64,000 bases of DNA from an uncultured Phycisphaerales bacterium (GTDB lineage Bacteria > Planctomycetota > Phycisphaerae > Phycisphaerales > UBA1924): positions 1,617 to 65,616 of the forward strand of contig CBDVAM010000002.1 of the NCBI GenBank assembly GCA_965371965.1, in the 5' to 3' direction. The stretch's first letter is position 1; the number at the start of each line of letters is the position of its first letter. Both the position numbers and the translations under genes were made by a program. Of this stretch, positions 54,167 to 64,000 are shown in pieces. The notes under the pieces were generated by a model that was given only the letters and a program-made list of their open reading frames with translations, was not told the origin of the DNA and did not search any database.

Positions 54167-56419
54167 ATGCCAACCGCACCCGCCGCCCGAATCATGCCCC
54201 CTAGCAGCGTTCGACCTCGCAGCGCCGCCCAGGCGAGTCAGGCCTCGAGCGTTGGGACCGTCACGATTGACCCGGTCCGATTGCTCAAGAAGTATCGCTG
54301 GGTGTTCGCCGGTGCGATCGCGGTCGGGGCCGTGATCGGAGTGGTCGCACATTACGCGTTCTTGAACTTCTACCCGATCTACAAGTCGTCGGCGATCTTT
54401 GAGCTTGAGGGACCAAAGTCCGAAGCGGCGGAGGCGTTCGAGAACGTTGACTCTGAAGAGCTCGAGAGATTCATGAAGACCCAGGCGGTCGCGATGACCT
54501 CCCAGCGCGTCCTGGTGTCGTTCCTTGAGCTGACCGACCCGCGCAGGCTCGCGGAGGAGGCCCGTAGCTGGGCGAGCAACTTCAACGATGGCGGGGGCAA
54601 CTTCGATCGCGTCGCGGCCTTCGAGGACCTCGAAAACATCTCCAGGGCCAGCGTCATCCCCGAGACCCAGTACATCGAGCTGAGCGTGAAGACGCAGGAT
54701 GGCGGCGACGCCGCGTATCTCTGCGGGAAGATCCGCGAGTTCTACATGGCCGACCTCGGGGAACATGAGAAGGTCGGTAACGACAAGCAGCTGGCCAGTA
54801 TCAAGAAGCAGATCTCGGATCTGAACACCGAAATCACGACGCTCCAGGCGGAGCGCGAAGAGATCATGCGCGACAAGGGCATCCAGTCGGTACAGGAGAA
54901 CGCGAACCAGAAGTACCAGGAGATCCAGCTGGTCAACTTCAATCTGGCCGAGATCATGGTCGAGCGGGACGCGATTCTCCAGGAACTCTCTCGCTATCAG
55001 CAGATGCTCGAAGCCCCGGGCGGCGTGCAGTACCCCGATGACATCCGCATGGCGATCGATGGTCTCCCAACGATCCAGATGTTTATCCAGAACATCGCGC
55101 AGGTCGAGGCCCAGATTCGCACACTCAAGCTTGCGGTCGGCGCAGAGCACATGATGCTCAAACAACTTGAGGACACCCTCGCGGGCCAGAAGGCCCAGCT
55201 CGAGGCCACCCGTGAGGAGGAGATGCCCCGCTTCTTCGGCGCCCAGATCGAGCAGATGCGTGCGGGAGTCGCGATCGCGGACCGTCAGGTCGGCGAGCTC
55301 GACGTCCGCAAGGAGCAACTCGGCAAGGATCTCAACGAGCTCACCAGGATCCTCCGCGACATCAACGACATGACCAAGTCGATCGAAGACAAGCAGTCTC
55401 GACTCAACGAGTTGGAAGCAAAGAAGGCAAACCTGGACGCGCTGGAACACATCGCATTATTGATCGATAGCGACCAGCGCCGGCTCTACATCTCGCGGGT
55501 TCGCGTCGTGCAGTACGAGAGCATCCCCGACCTGCCGAGCTTCCCACAGCTCAAGCTCATGGTCCCCGCCGGCGTGTTTCTCTTCGGCGGCATCGTCGGC
55601 GTCGTCGTCATCCTCCGTGAGCTGCTCGACCAGCGGGTCAAGGGAGCGGCGGATATCGCGCTGATCCCCAAGACCCGCGTCGTGGGCGTCATTACCCAAG
55701 CCGCGAATGACCCGAGCAAGCCCAAGGCGATCGAGACGGCGTTCCGCGATCATCCGACCGGCGTGATCGCCGAGCAGTTCCGCCAGGTCCGCACGCACCT
55801 CCAGAAGAGGATGCAGCAATCCGGACACCGGACCCTGCTCATCGCCGCGGGCATGCCCGAGTCGGGCGCGACCACGACCGCGATCAACCTCGCGATGACA
55901 TTCGCGGCGGCGGACAAGAAGGTCTTGCTAATCGACGCGAACCTGAGGCGTCCGGCCATTCACCGCGTGCTGGCTCGCAGTGAGCAGCCGGGGCTCTGCG
56001 ACGTGCTCGCCGGCGCCGAGACGCTCTCTTCGGCTATCCAGCGGACCGATCGCGAGAACCTCGATGTGCTCTCGGTCGGGTCTCGCCAGAATCGTCTGGC
56101 CGAGTATCTCGCGGCAGAGGTGATGGGGCGATTGCTCGCCGAGGCATCCACCGAGTACGACCTGGTGCTCATCGACACGAGCCCGGCGATCGTCTCTGGC
56201 GACGCGATGGCACTGGCCAACCGCTGCGACGCGAGCATGCTCGTCGTGCGAGCGCTCAGCGAGAAGCGAGGCCTGGTCGCCCGCCTCCGCAACGAGCTCG
56301 ATGAGAGCCGGGGCGAGTTCATGGGTGTGCTGATCAACGGCGTGCGCCACGCCGCGGGCGGATACCTCAAGAAGAACATCCAGGTGACCCACGCCTACCA
56401 GCAGAACGCGGAGGGTTGA
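54167..56419 (+). CDS. polysaccharide co-polymerase (Wzz/GNVR) fused to a BY-kinase-like P-loop domain with degenerate Walker A
   Basis: Wzz N-terminal region (YRWVFAGAIAVGAVIGVVAHY...YKSSAIFEL), long coiled-coil, second TM helix. C-terminal domain TLLIAAGMPESGATTTAINLA...VLLIDANLRRP...LVLIDTSP. The ATG at 54167 has AGAGGA upstream; a GTG at 54137 is also possible. Confidence 0.8.
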   Translation: MPTAPAARIMPPSSVRPRSAAQASQASSVGTVTIDPVRLLKKYRWVFAGAIAVGAVIGVVAHYAFLNFYPIYKSSAIFELEGPKSEAAEAFENVDSEELERFMKTQAVAMTSQRVLVSFLELTDPRRLAEEARSWASNFNDGGGNFDRVAAFEDLENISRASVIPETQYIELSVKTQDGGDAAYLCGKIREFYMADLGEHEKVGNDKQLASIKKQISDLNTEITTLQAEREEIMRDKGIQSVQENANQKYQEIQLVNFNLAEIMVERDAILQELSRYQQMLEAPGGVQYPDDIRMAIDGLPTIQMFIQNIAQVEAQIRTLKLAVGAEHMMLKQLEDTLAGQKAQLEATREEEMPRFFGAQIEQMRAGVAIADRQVGELDVRKEQLGKDLNELTRILRDINDMTKSIEDKQSRLNELEAKKANLDALEHIALLIDSDQRRLYISRVRVVQYESIPDLPSFPQLKLMVPAGVFLFGGIVGVVVILRELLDQRVKGAADIALIPKTRVVGVITQAANDPSKPKAIETAFRDHPTGVIAEQFRQVRTHLQKRMQQSGHRTLLIAAGMPESGATTTAINLAMTFAAADKKVLLIDANLRRPAIHRVLARSEQPGLCDVLAGAETLSSAIQRTDRENLDVLSVGSRQNRLAEYLAAEVMGRLLAEASTEYDLVLIDTSPAIVSGDAMALANRCDASMLVVRALSEKRGLVARLRNELDESRGEFMGVLINGVRHAAGGYLKKNIQVTHAYQQNAEG

Positions 56420-56425
56420 TCCCAG

Positions 56426-57445
56426 GTGCCCACGCACGGCACAGACTCCATCGAGCCCAAGCCCCGGCGTGTCCTCGTGACCGGCGGGGCTGGTTTCATC
56501 GGCTCGCACCTGGTCGAGCACCTGCTCGGCGAGGGCGCATCGGTCACCGTCGTCGACGACCTCTCGACCGGGCGACGCGACAACCTCCCGGGGCGCCACG
56601 AGGGCCTGCGATTCATCGAGGCCGATCTCGCCCACGAGCTGGACGCGTTCGGTCCCGGTGAGACGTTCGAGGAGGTCTACCACCTCGCCGCGGCCGTTGG
56701 GGTGCAGCTTGTGATCGACGATCCGATCCGGGCGATCGAGATCAACGTCGAGCAGACGGCGGCGCTGCTGCGATTCGCCGCGACCCATGGGGGCGGATCG
56801 GGCGGCGCGCCCACGCTGATCGCCTCCAGCAGCGAGGTCTACGGCAAGGGCACCCGCTGCCCGTTTCGCGAGGACGACGACGTGGTCTACGGGCCGTCGA
56901 CCGTCGCCCGCTGGTCCTACGCGCAGGCGAAGGCGGTCGATGAGCACCTTGCTCTGGCCCACGCGCACGCGGGATCGGTCCCGACGGTCGTCGCGAGGTT
57001 CTTCAACACGATCGGACCGCGCCAGGTCGGGTCCTACGGCATGGTGGTGCCGCGATTTGTGGCTGCGGCGCTCTGCGGTGAGTCGCTGGTCGTCCATGGC
57101 GACGGCACACAGTCTCGGTGCTTCGCGGACGTCCGCGATGTCGCGCCGACGCTGCCCAGATTGCTGCGGTCGCGCGAGTGTCGCGCACGGGTGTTCAACG
57201 TCGGCTCGGATCGCGAGGTCTCGATCCGTGAACTCGCAGACATCGTCATCAGGACCCTTGGATCGGGATCGGGCGTGACGACAATTCCCTACAGCGAGGC
57301 GTTCGCCAGCGGGTTTGAGGATCTTCAGCGGCGGGTGCCGGATCTGACGAGGGTTCGCGAGGCGATCGGCTTCGATGCATCTATCTCGCTGGAGCAGTCC
57401 ATTCTTGATGTCGCGGCATGTATCAACGACCGGGTTGGGCCATGA
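56426..57445 (+). CDS. NAD-dependent epimerase/dehydratase (extended SDR)
   Basis: VLVTGGAGFIGSHLVEHL Rossmann motif, SSSEVYG, YAQAK (YxxxK). Confidence 0.85.
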   Translation: MPTHGTDSIEPKPRRVLVTGGAGFIGSHLVEHLLGEGASVTVVDDLSTGRRDNLPGRHEGLRFIEADLAHELDAFGPGETFEEVYHLAAAVGVQLVIDDPIRAIEINVEQTAALLRFAATHGGGSGGAPTLIASSSEVYGKGTRCPFREDDDVVYGPSTVARWSYAQAKAVDEHLALAHAHAGSVPTVVARFFNTIGPRQVGSYGMVVPRFVAAALCGESLVVHGDGTQSRCFADVRDVAPTLPRLLRSRECRARVFNVGSDREVSIRELADIVIRTLGSGSGVTTIPYSEAFASGFEDLQRRVPDLTRVREAIGFDASISLEQSILDVAACINDRVGP

Positions 57446-58878
57446 GCGCCGTCCAGAGTTCCATCACGGATCCGTCACCCGGCGTGGGCGATATGTCGGG
57501 CCTGATTCCCCCGGTCGATCCGTCGTTTGGTTTGCCTGCCAATGACCCCATGCAGGTAGTGACCGGTCCGCTCGATATCTTTCACGGGTACTTTGGTGTT
57601 TTCATCATCGCATTCCTCGTGGCGCTGCTCACGACACCGGTCATGCGGTGGATCGCCATCCGTCAGGGGATCGTGGACTATCCAGACGATCTGCGCAAGG
57701 GCCATAAGCGGCCGGTGGCGTATCTCGGCGGCGTCGCGGTGTTCCTGGGCATCGCCTCGGGCATCGTGTTCACGTATCTCGCGCCCGCGCTACCGGCACC
57801 GCTGGACAATCTGCTTCAGTTCCACGAGGCCCAGTACGGAGGGGGAGAAGGGGTCTTTCCCCAACCGGTCCCGCTCTCGGTTCTTCTCGGCATGATGATC
57901 GTGTTCGTCCTCGGTCTCATCGACGATACCGTCGGAACAATTCCGCGCCTGAAGATCGCCGGCATGTTGGTCGCCGCCGCCGCCCTGGCATGGGAGAATG
58001 TGGGCGTCGAGTTGGCCAGGGGTTTGCTTGGGCCGACCCTCGGCATGCTGCTCGGCAACGAAGATCTGCTGTTCAATGTCCCCCTGCCGTTCTCGCTCGG
58101 CGGGGCCGATGCCATGCAGATCAACCTCATCTATTGGGCGGGCGCGGCGATCATCGCGATCTTCGTCATCGGCGGGTGCAATGCGGCGAATCTCGTGGAT
58201 GGGCTCGATGGGCTGCTCAGCGGCGTGACCGCGATCGCCACCGCCGGCCTGCTGGTCATCGCATTAACTCTCACGGTGATCGACGAGGGATCGCATACCG
58301 CCCAGGGCCAGGGGATCATCCTTAGCATGGCGCTGCTGGGCGCGTGTTTGGGGTTCTTGCCCCACAACTTCAGACCGGCATCGATCTTCCTGGGTGACGC
58401 CGGGTCCTTGCTGATGGGCTTCACCATCATCGTGATTATCCTGACCCTGGGAGACACGGGGCGGACACAACTCGTCGTCGCCGGGCTGGTGATCTACGCG
58501 ATCCCGATCATCGACACGGTGCTTGCGATCGTGCGTCGGAAGCTGGCGGGAAAGAGCATCTCCGGTGCCGACGACCAGCACCTGCACCACATGCTCAAGC
58601 GCCATCTAGGCGTCCAGGGCGCCGTGTTTACGCTCTACGCCATCGGCACTGGATTCGCAGTTCTCGGTGTCCTGATGACGCTGTGGCGAGCGCGGGTGAT
58701 CTACGCCCTGGCACTGATCTTCGCGTCCTACATCGTCGTGGTCGCGATCAAGGTCGCCCGCAGGCAGCACATCGAACAAGCCCCCGTCAAGGCACGCAAG
58801 CTCCACAAGGCCAAGCCCGGCGATGAGCCAGCCGGGGCGCGCGACGACAAGCCTGTCGGTGGCGGCACGGGCAAGTAG
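57442..58878 (+). CDS. MraY/WecA-family polyprenyl-phosphate N-acetylhexosamine-1-phosphate transferase (GT4 family)
   Basis: ATGA overlap with the epimerase gene. About 10 TM helices. LIDD, NAANLVDGLDGL and FLGDAGSLLMGF motifs. Confidence 0.85.
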   Translation: MSAVQSSITDPSPGVGDMSGLIPPVDPSFGLPANDPMQVVTGPLDIFHGYFGVFIIAFLVALLTTPVMRWIAIRQGIVDYPDDLRKGHKRPVAYLGGVAVFLGIASGIVFTYLAPALPAPLDNLLQFHEAQYGGGEGVFPQPVPLSVLLGMMIVFVLGLIDDTVGTIPRLKIAGMLVAAAALAWENVGVELARGLLGPTLGMLLGNEDLLFNVPLPFSLGGADAMQINLIYWAGAAIIAIFVIGGCNAANLVDGLDGLLSGVTAIATAGLLVIALTLTVIDEGSHTAQGQGIILSMALLGACLGFLPHNFRPASIFLGDAGSLLMGFTIIVIILTLGDTGRTQLVVAGLVIYAIPIIDTVLAIVRRKLAGKSISGADDQHLHHMLKRHLGVQGAVFTLYAIGTGFAVLGVLMTLWRARVIYALALIFASYIVVVAIKVARRQHIEQAPVKARKLHKAKPGDEPAGARDDKPVGGGTGK

Positions 58879-58900
58879 GCGAATCCGCTATACTCCGGGC

Positions 58901-60102
<1,202 letters not shown>

Positions 60103-60106
<4 letters not shown>

Positions 60107-60495
60107 GGCACGCCCGCCATTGGCGTTTGTTGTTCGCGGCGTACGTGGTGCTGATCGGCGTGCTGACCCATTGGCCGGGCATGAAGATCGAGAGTCCGGT
60201 GCCTCGCCCGGATCTGATCGCCCACGCGGGGGTCTTCGCACTCTGGACGGTCCTGTGCGCTCGCTCGCAGCTCGTTGGACGATGGGGGTCGTGGAAGACT
60301 GTCGGCGTCGCCGCGCTAGTCTCGGCAGCGTACGCCGGGCTGGACGAGTGGACCCAGAGATTCGTCCATCGGTACTCGGCGTGGGACGACTATCTCGCCA
60401 ATCTGCTGGGGATCGCTCTGGGCACCGCGGCGGTTGCGATCTGGACCAGGCTGGGGCGTGTGCGTTCAGACTCCGATAACACGGGGCCATCTTGA
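60103..60495 (+). CDS. VanZ-family membrane protein
   Basis: 130 aa with 4 TM helices. ...YAGLDEWTQRFVHRYSAWDDYLANLLG is a typical VanZ motif. The TTG start overlaps the parA-like stop. Confidence 0.7.
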
Positions 60496-60595
60496 GCAAT
60501 CGAGCCTACAACCGCGCGGTTTGGGCGTGGGAAGGTGGGTTGAGGCGTGTGACGGGCCGATACCAATGTCGTACCCTCAATCGAGAGCATGAGAC

Positions 60596-62275
60596 ATGAG
60601 TAACGCGAGCCATCAGCTTGGTCGGCGGGGGATTCAAGGCCCCTGGATGTGGGCCGCGAGTCTGGCTTTGGGGGCCTTGCTGGGATGGGGACTGGTGCTG
60701 ATGGCACCGCCGGAATATGCCTCTCACGACGCGCCCGGTGGAACCGACTCGCACGCGGATGGAGCGCCTTCACACGCCATCGAGATCGCGACGGCGGGCG
60801 ACGAGATGGACACGACGATCGGTGCGATTCCCGTCCAAAGGCACGCCGAGGATGCGGGCGACCAGGGCGATGGGCACGCGGCTGATTCTGAGACGGGCGA
60901 GGATGAGCACGCCGGTTCGGAGCACGGGCCTTCGCCGTCGATCCCGCTGTGGCTCCTGGTGCCGTTTGCGGTGTTGCTGGGCTCGATCGCTCTGATGCCG
61001 TTTGTCAACGAGGCGTTCTGGCACCACCATTTCCCGGACTTTGCGTTCTTCCTGGGCGGGATCACGCTTGCGTACTACCTCTTTGGGTTCAACGCCCCGG
61101 ACTTCTCCCACGGCATGACCTACGGGCAGTACCAGATGAAGCACGTCGCGCTGGAGTATTTCCAGTTCATCGCGCTCATCGGCGGGCTCTACGTCGCCTC
61201 TGGGGGCATCCTCATCAACGTCTCGGGTCGAGGCACGCCGGCGGTCAACACCGGCATGCTGGCGGTCGGCGCGATCATCGCGAATATCGTCGGCACCACC
61301 GGCGCCAGCGTCCTGCTGATCCGCCCGTTCATGCGGGTGAACAAGGGACGCCTCAAGCCGATCCACGTCGTGATGTTCATCTTCATCGTGAGCAACTGCG
61401 GCGGGGCGCTCACGCCGATTGGCGATCCTCCGCTGTATCTGGGCTTCCTCAAGGGCGTGCCGTTCTTCTGGACGCTGACCCACCTGTGGCCCATGTGGGC
61501 TGTGGGCGTGGGCTTGCTGCTGGCGATCTTCTTCGTGATCGATTTGAAGATCGGACCCGCTCGCAGCCCACCCGGCGACACGGACGGCGACGCGACCCCA
61601 CGCGAGCGGTTCGGGGTCTCGATCAAGGGCATGAGCGGCATCATCGCGCTGGCGCTGATCATCGGCGGGGTGTTCATCGACCCCCTCTTGAGGCCGATCG
61701 CGCCGGCCTTGTCGGGCATACCCGTCGGGGCGGCATTCCAGATCGTCGTCGCGATCGGCGCGTACAAGATTGCCAACCCCGCGTACCACGAGGCCAACGA
61801 GTTCTCGTTCTTCCCGGTCAAGGAGGTCGGGCTGTTGTTCATCGGGATCTTCGCGACCATGGCCCCGGCGCTGGGCTATCTCGCGTCGCACGGGGCCGAG
61901 CTTGGCCTGGATTCACCCACGAAGTTCTACTTCGCGACCGGGGCTCTCTCGGGCGTGCTCGACAACGCCCCGACGTACCTGAACTTCCTGCAGGTGGCGC
62001 TGTCGGCGGCGGGCGAGGAGCTCAACGCTGAGGGTATCCACGCCTTCATCGACCACGAGCCGGGGGTCCACGAGCTCATGGCGATCAGCCTGGGGGCGGT
62101 GTTCTTCGGCGCGATGACCTACATCGGCAACGGCCCGAACTTCATGGTCCGGGCGATCGCCGAGGCCCAGGGCCTGAAGATGCCGTCGTTCTTCGGATAC
62201 ATGGCCCGGGCGATCGTGGTGCTGCTTCCGGTGCTGATTGTCGTCTGGGTGCTGTTCTTCGTTGTGCTCAAATAG
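60596..62275 (+). CDS. ArsB/NhaD-superfamily ion transporter (sodium:proton antiporter-like) with His/Asp-rich N-terminal loop
   Basis: More than 10 TM helices. LLIRPFMRVNKGR...FIVSNCGGALTPIGDPPLYLGF. N-terminal HDAPGGTDSHADGAPSH...HAEDAGDQGDGHAADSETGEDEH. Confidence 0.6.
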   Translation: MSNASHQLGRRGIQGPWMWAASLALGALLGWGLVLMAPPEYASHDAPGGTDSHADGAPSHAIEIATAGDEMDTTIGAIPVQRHAEDAGDQGDGHAADSETGEDEHAGSEHGPSPSIPLWLLVPFAVLLGSIALMPFVNEAFWHHHFPDFAFFLGGITLAYYLFGFNAPDFSHGMTYGQYQMKHVALEYFQFIALIGGLYVASGGILINVSGRGTPAVNTGMLAVGAIIANIVGTTGASVLLIRPFMRVNKGRLKPIHVVMFIFIVSNCGGALTPIGDPPLYLGFLKGVPFFWTLTHLWPMWAVGVGLLLAIFFVIDLKIGPARSPPGDTDGDATPRERFGVSIKGMSGIIALALIIGGVFIDPLLRPIAPALSGIPVGAAFQIVVAIGAYKIANPAYHEANEFSFFPVKEVGLLFIGIFATMAPALGYLASHGAELGLDSPTKFYFATGALSGVLDNAPTYLNFLQVALSAAGEELNAEGIHAFIDHEPGVHELMAISLGAVFFGAMTYIGNGPNFMVRAIAEAQGLKMPSFFGYMARAIVVLLPVLIVVWVLFFVVLK

Positions 62276-62297
62276 TTGACAGTCTCGCGGAGCCCGC

Positions 62298-63923
62298 TTG
62301 CCTTGGGGGGCTGTGGGTGCGGACAATCTGCACAACGTGGCACGAACGGACTCGACGCCAGAAACCTCGGACACCTCGCTCGGCGGTGCCGTGCGCACTC
62401 TCTCGGGGCTGACGCTGATCTCAAGAGTCTGCGGGCTTGTCCGCGATCTGATCACGGCCCGGGTGTTCCAGGACACGCTGGTGGGCTCGGCGTTCGCCGC
62501 CGCCTTCGCCATCCCGAACCTGTTCCGGCGTCTGCTGGGTGAAGGGGCGCTAGCGGCGGCGTTCTTGCCCGAATACGCCCGGGAGGTCGAGGAAGATCCG
62601 GCTCGGGCGGGTTCGCTGATCGCCGTCACGCTCTACGCCCTGCTCGCGCTGACCAGCCTGCTCACGCTCGTCGGCGAGATCGCGCTGCTGGCGATCTTGA
62701 TGCTCTTCGAGCACGACGCGGACCGATTGCTCTCGCTCCGCCTGGTCATGGTGATGCTGCCGTTCATGCCGATGGTCTGCCTCGCGGCGATCATGGCTTC
62801 GGCGCTGCAGGTGCACGGCAGGTTTGGGCCGGGCGCGGCGAGCCCGATCATTCTCAACGCGCTGATCATCGCCGCCGCCGCGTTGCACTTCGTCGGCCCG
62901 GGTTGGGATCGGGTTTCGTCGGCGTACGCGATCGGGGTGGGCGCGTTGATCGCCGGGGTTGTTCAGGTGGCATGGTGTGCGGCGGCGCTGCGCGGGCGGG
63001 TGCGATGGCGCGGGGCGCTGCACGAGGCCCACGAGCCGCTGCGACGGGTGCTGGGCAGGTTTCTTCCCGTTGCCATCGGACTTGGCGCGATCCAGCTCAA
63101 CGCCCTGCTGGACACGATCATCGCGATGTGGCCGACATGGGTGGGGCCGACGATGTTCGGGATGGAGACGCCGCTGGACGCGAGTTCCAACGCGGTCCTT
63201 TCGTATACCCAGCGTCTCTATCAGTTCCCGCTGGGGGTCTTCGGCATCGCGGTCGCAACCGCGGCGTTCCCGGCGCTCGCCCGCCTTGCCGGCAACCGCG
63301 AGGCGTTCAGCCGGGCGCTCCACGAGGCGATCAGGCTCAGCGTCTTTATCGCGGTGCCCGCGTCGGTCGGCCTCGTGCTGGTGCGTGAGGATCTGACGCG
63401 CGTGCTGTTCGGCGGGGCATCGGGATTCAGTGACGCCGGGCTCGAGCGTTCGAGCGCCGTGCTGCTTGGCTACTCGGTGGGTGTGTGGGCGTATTCGCTG
63501 AACCATGTGCTGGTTCGGGCGTTCTATGCCCAGGGCGACACGCGGACGCCGATGTGGGTGGCGCTGCTGGCCGTTGCGCTCAACCTGGTGCTGAATCTTG
63601 CGCTGATCTGGCCGTTGGGCGAGGCGGGGCTGGCGTGGTCGACGGCGGCGGCGCAGATCATGCAGGTCGGGATTCTCGCGGTGCTGCTGCGGCGTCGGGG
63701 CGAGACGCTGCGACCATCGAAGCGCCTGGCGTTCCTGCTTGGAGCGTCGGCGGCGATGGGGCTGGCGGTGCTCGGCGTGGGGTGGCTCTTGCCGACATCG
63801 ACGACCTGGTCGGGGTCGCTTGTCCGCTTGGCGGCGATGACCACGACCGGCATCGCGGCCTACCTGATCATCTCGATCGCAGGACGCTCGCCGGAACTGC
63901 GGGCCTTGCTGAGACGCCACTGA
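62298..63923 (+). CDS. murJ: lipid II flippase MurJ (MviN)
   Basis: LISRVCGLVRDLITARVFQDTLVGSAFAAAFAIPNLFRRLLGEGALAAAFLPEY is a canonical MurJ N-terminus; 14 TM helices. Start TTG 62298 or GTG 62337. Confidence 0.9.
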   Translation: MPWGAVGADNLHNVARTDSTPETSDTSLGGAVRTLSGLTLISRVCGLVRDLITARVFQDTLVGSAFAAAFAIPNLFRRLLGEGALAAAFLPEYAREVEEDPARAGSLIAVTLYALLALTSLLTLVGEIALLAILMLFEHDADRLLSLRLVMVMLPFMPMVCLAAIMASALQVHGRFGPGAASPIILNALIIAAAALHFVGPGWDRVSSAYAIGVGALIAGVVQVAWCAAALRGRVRWRGALHEAHEPLRRVLGRFLPVAIGLGAIQLNALLDTIIAMWPTWVGPTMFGMETPLDASSNAVLSYTQRLYQFPLGVFGIAVATAAFPALARLAGNREAFSRALHEAIRLSVFIAVPASVGLVLVREDLTRVLFGGASGFSDAGLERSSAVLLGYSVGVWAYSLNHVLVRAFYAQGDTRTPMWVALLAVALNLVLNLALIWPLGEAGLAWSTAAAQIMQVGILAVLLRRRGETLRPSKRLAFLLGASAAMGLAVLGVGWLLPTSTTWSGSLVRLAAMTTTGIAAYLIISIAGRSPELRALLRRH

Positions 63924-64000
63924 GCGGCGATCCTCGCTATCATCGCGGAGATTCCTGGGCGGTGGAGCCCGGGGGGTACACCCGCTAGCCAAGGAGACTG

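Noticed and set aside
54161-57097. 429-aa and 389-aa minus-strand ORFs (54161-55450 and 55928-57097)
   Set aside because: They are antisense to the Wzz/BY-kinase-like and epimerase genes, which carry clear motifs. The composition is that of high-GC shadow frames.
60770-63992. Minus-strand ORFs 60770-61891 (373 aa) and 62550-63992 (480 aa)
   Set aside because: They are antisense to the transporter and murJ genes. They are extremely R/D/H/P/Q-rich, with no TM or domain signatures.

Overview
High-GC (roughly 65-70%) bacterial chromosomal segment, most consistent with Planctomycetota (Phycisphaerae-like). Supporting signs are two prepilin-type / H-X9-DG (DUF1559-like) proteins, an exosortase/EpsI polysaccharide locus, and a murC-murB-ddl-ftsQ-like block with no ftsA/ftsZ behind it. 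No rRNA, tRNA, CRISPR array, transposase or integrase was recognised. Ordinary content: greA, NUDIX hydrolase, NfeD-NfeD-FloA operon, TonB-like protein, TlpA-like thioredoxin, cyclophilin, ECF sigma/anti-sigma pair, EVE-domain protein, hicAB, lipA, an ion transporter and murJ. The most interesting content is a family of 7 secreted beta-propeller/repeat proteins, plus one 42-aa mini-ORF. All share the same ~55-aa C-terminal module: Cys, two dockerin-like Ca-loop/helix repeats (DxDGDGDxDxDDFFxYLDLF), then Gly-Cys at the extreme C-terminus. Five of them form a same-strand array (3708-13189) directly downstream of, and translationally coupled to, a histidine kinase plus sigma54-dependent response regulator. 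The array contains two perfect sigma54 -24/-12 elements (TGGCAC-N5-TTGC), each with a shared GGCCAATAkTGTG motif about 100 bp upstream. Two more members lie in a 4.3-kb three-gene cassette inserted at the 3' end of the EVE gene and bounded by ~200-bp direct repeats. The first gene of that cassette carries a G16 homopolymer between a strong SD/ATG and the long ORF, which is out of frame as sequenced. The left 3.7 kb is compositionally atypical: a low-GC gene, a strongly C-skewed segment and a glycosyltransferase fragment. Start codons were chosen by eye from SD spacing, signal peptides and stop/start overlaps. Function calls rest on motif recognition only; no searches were run.
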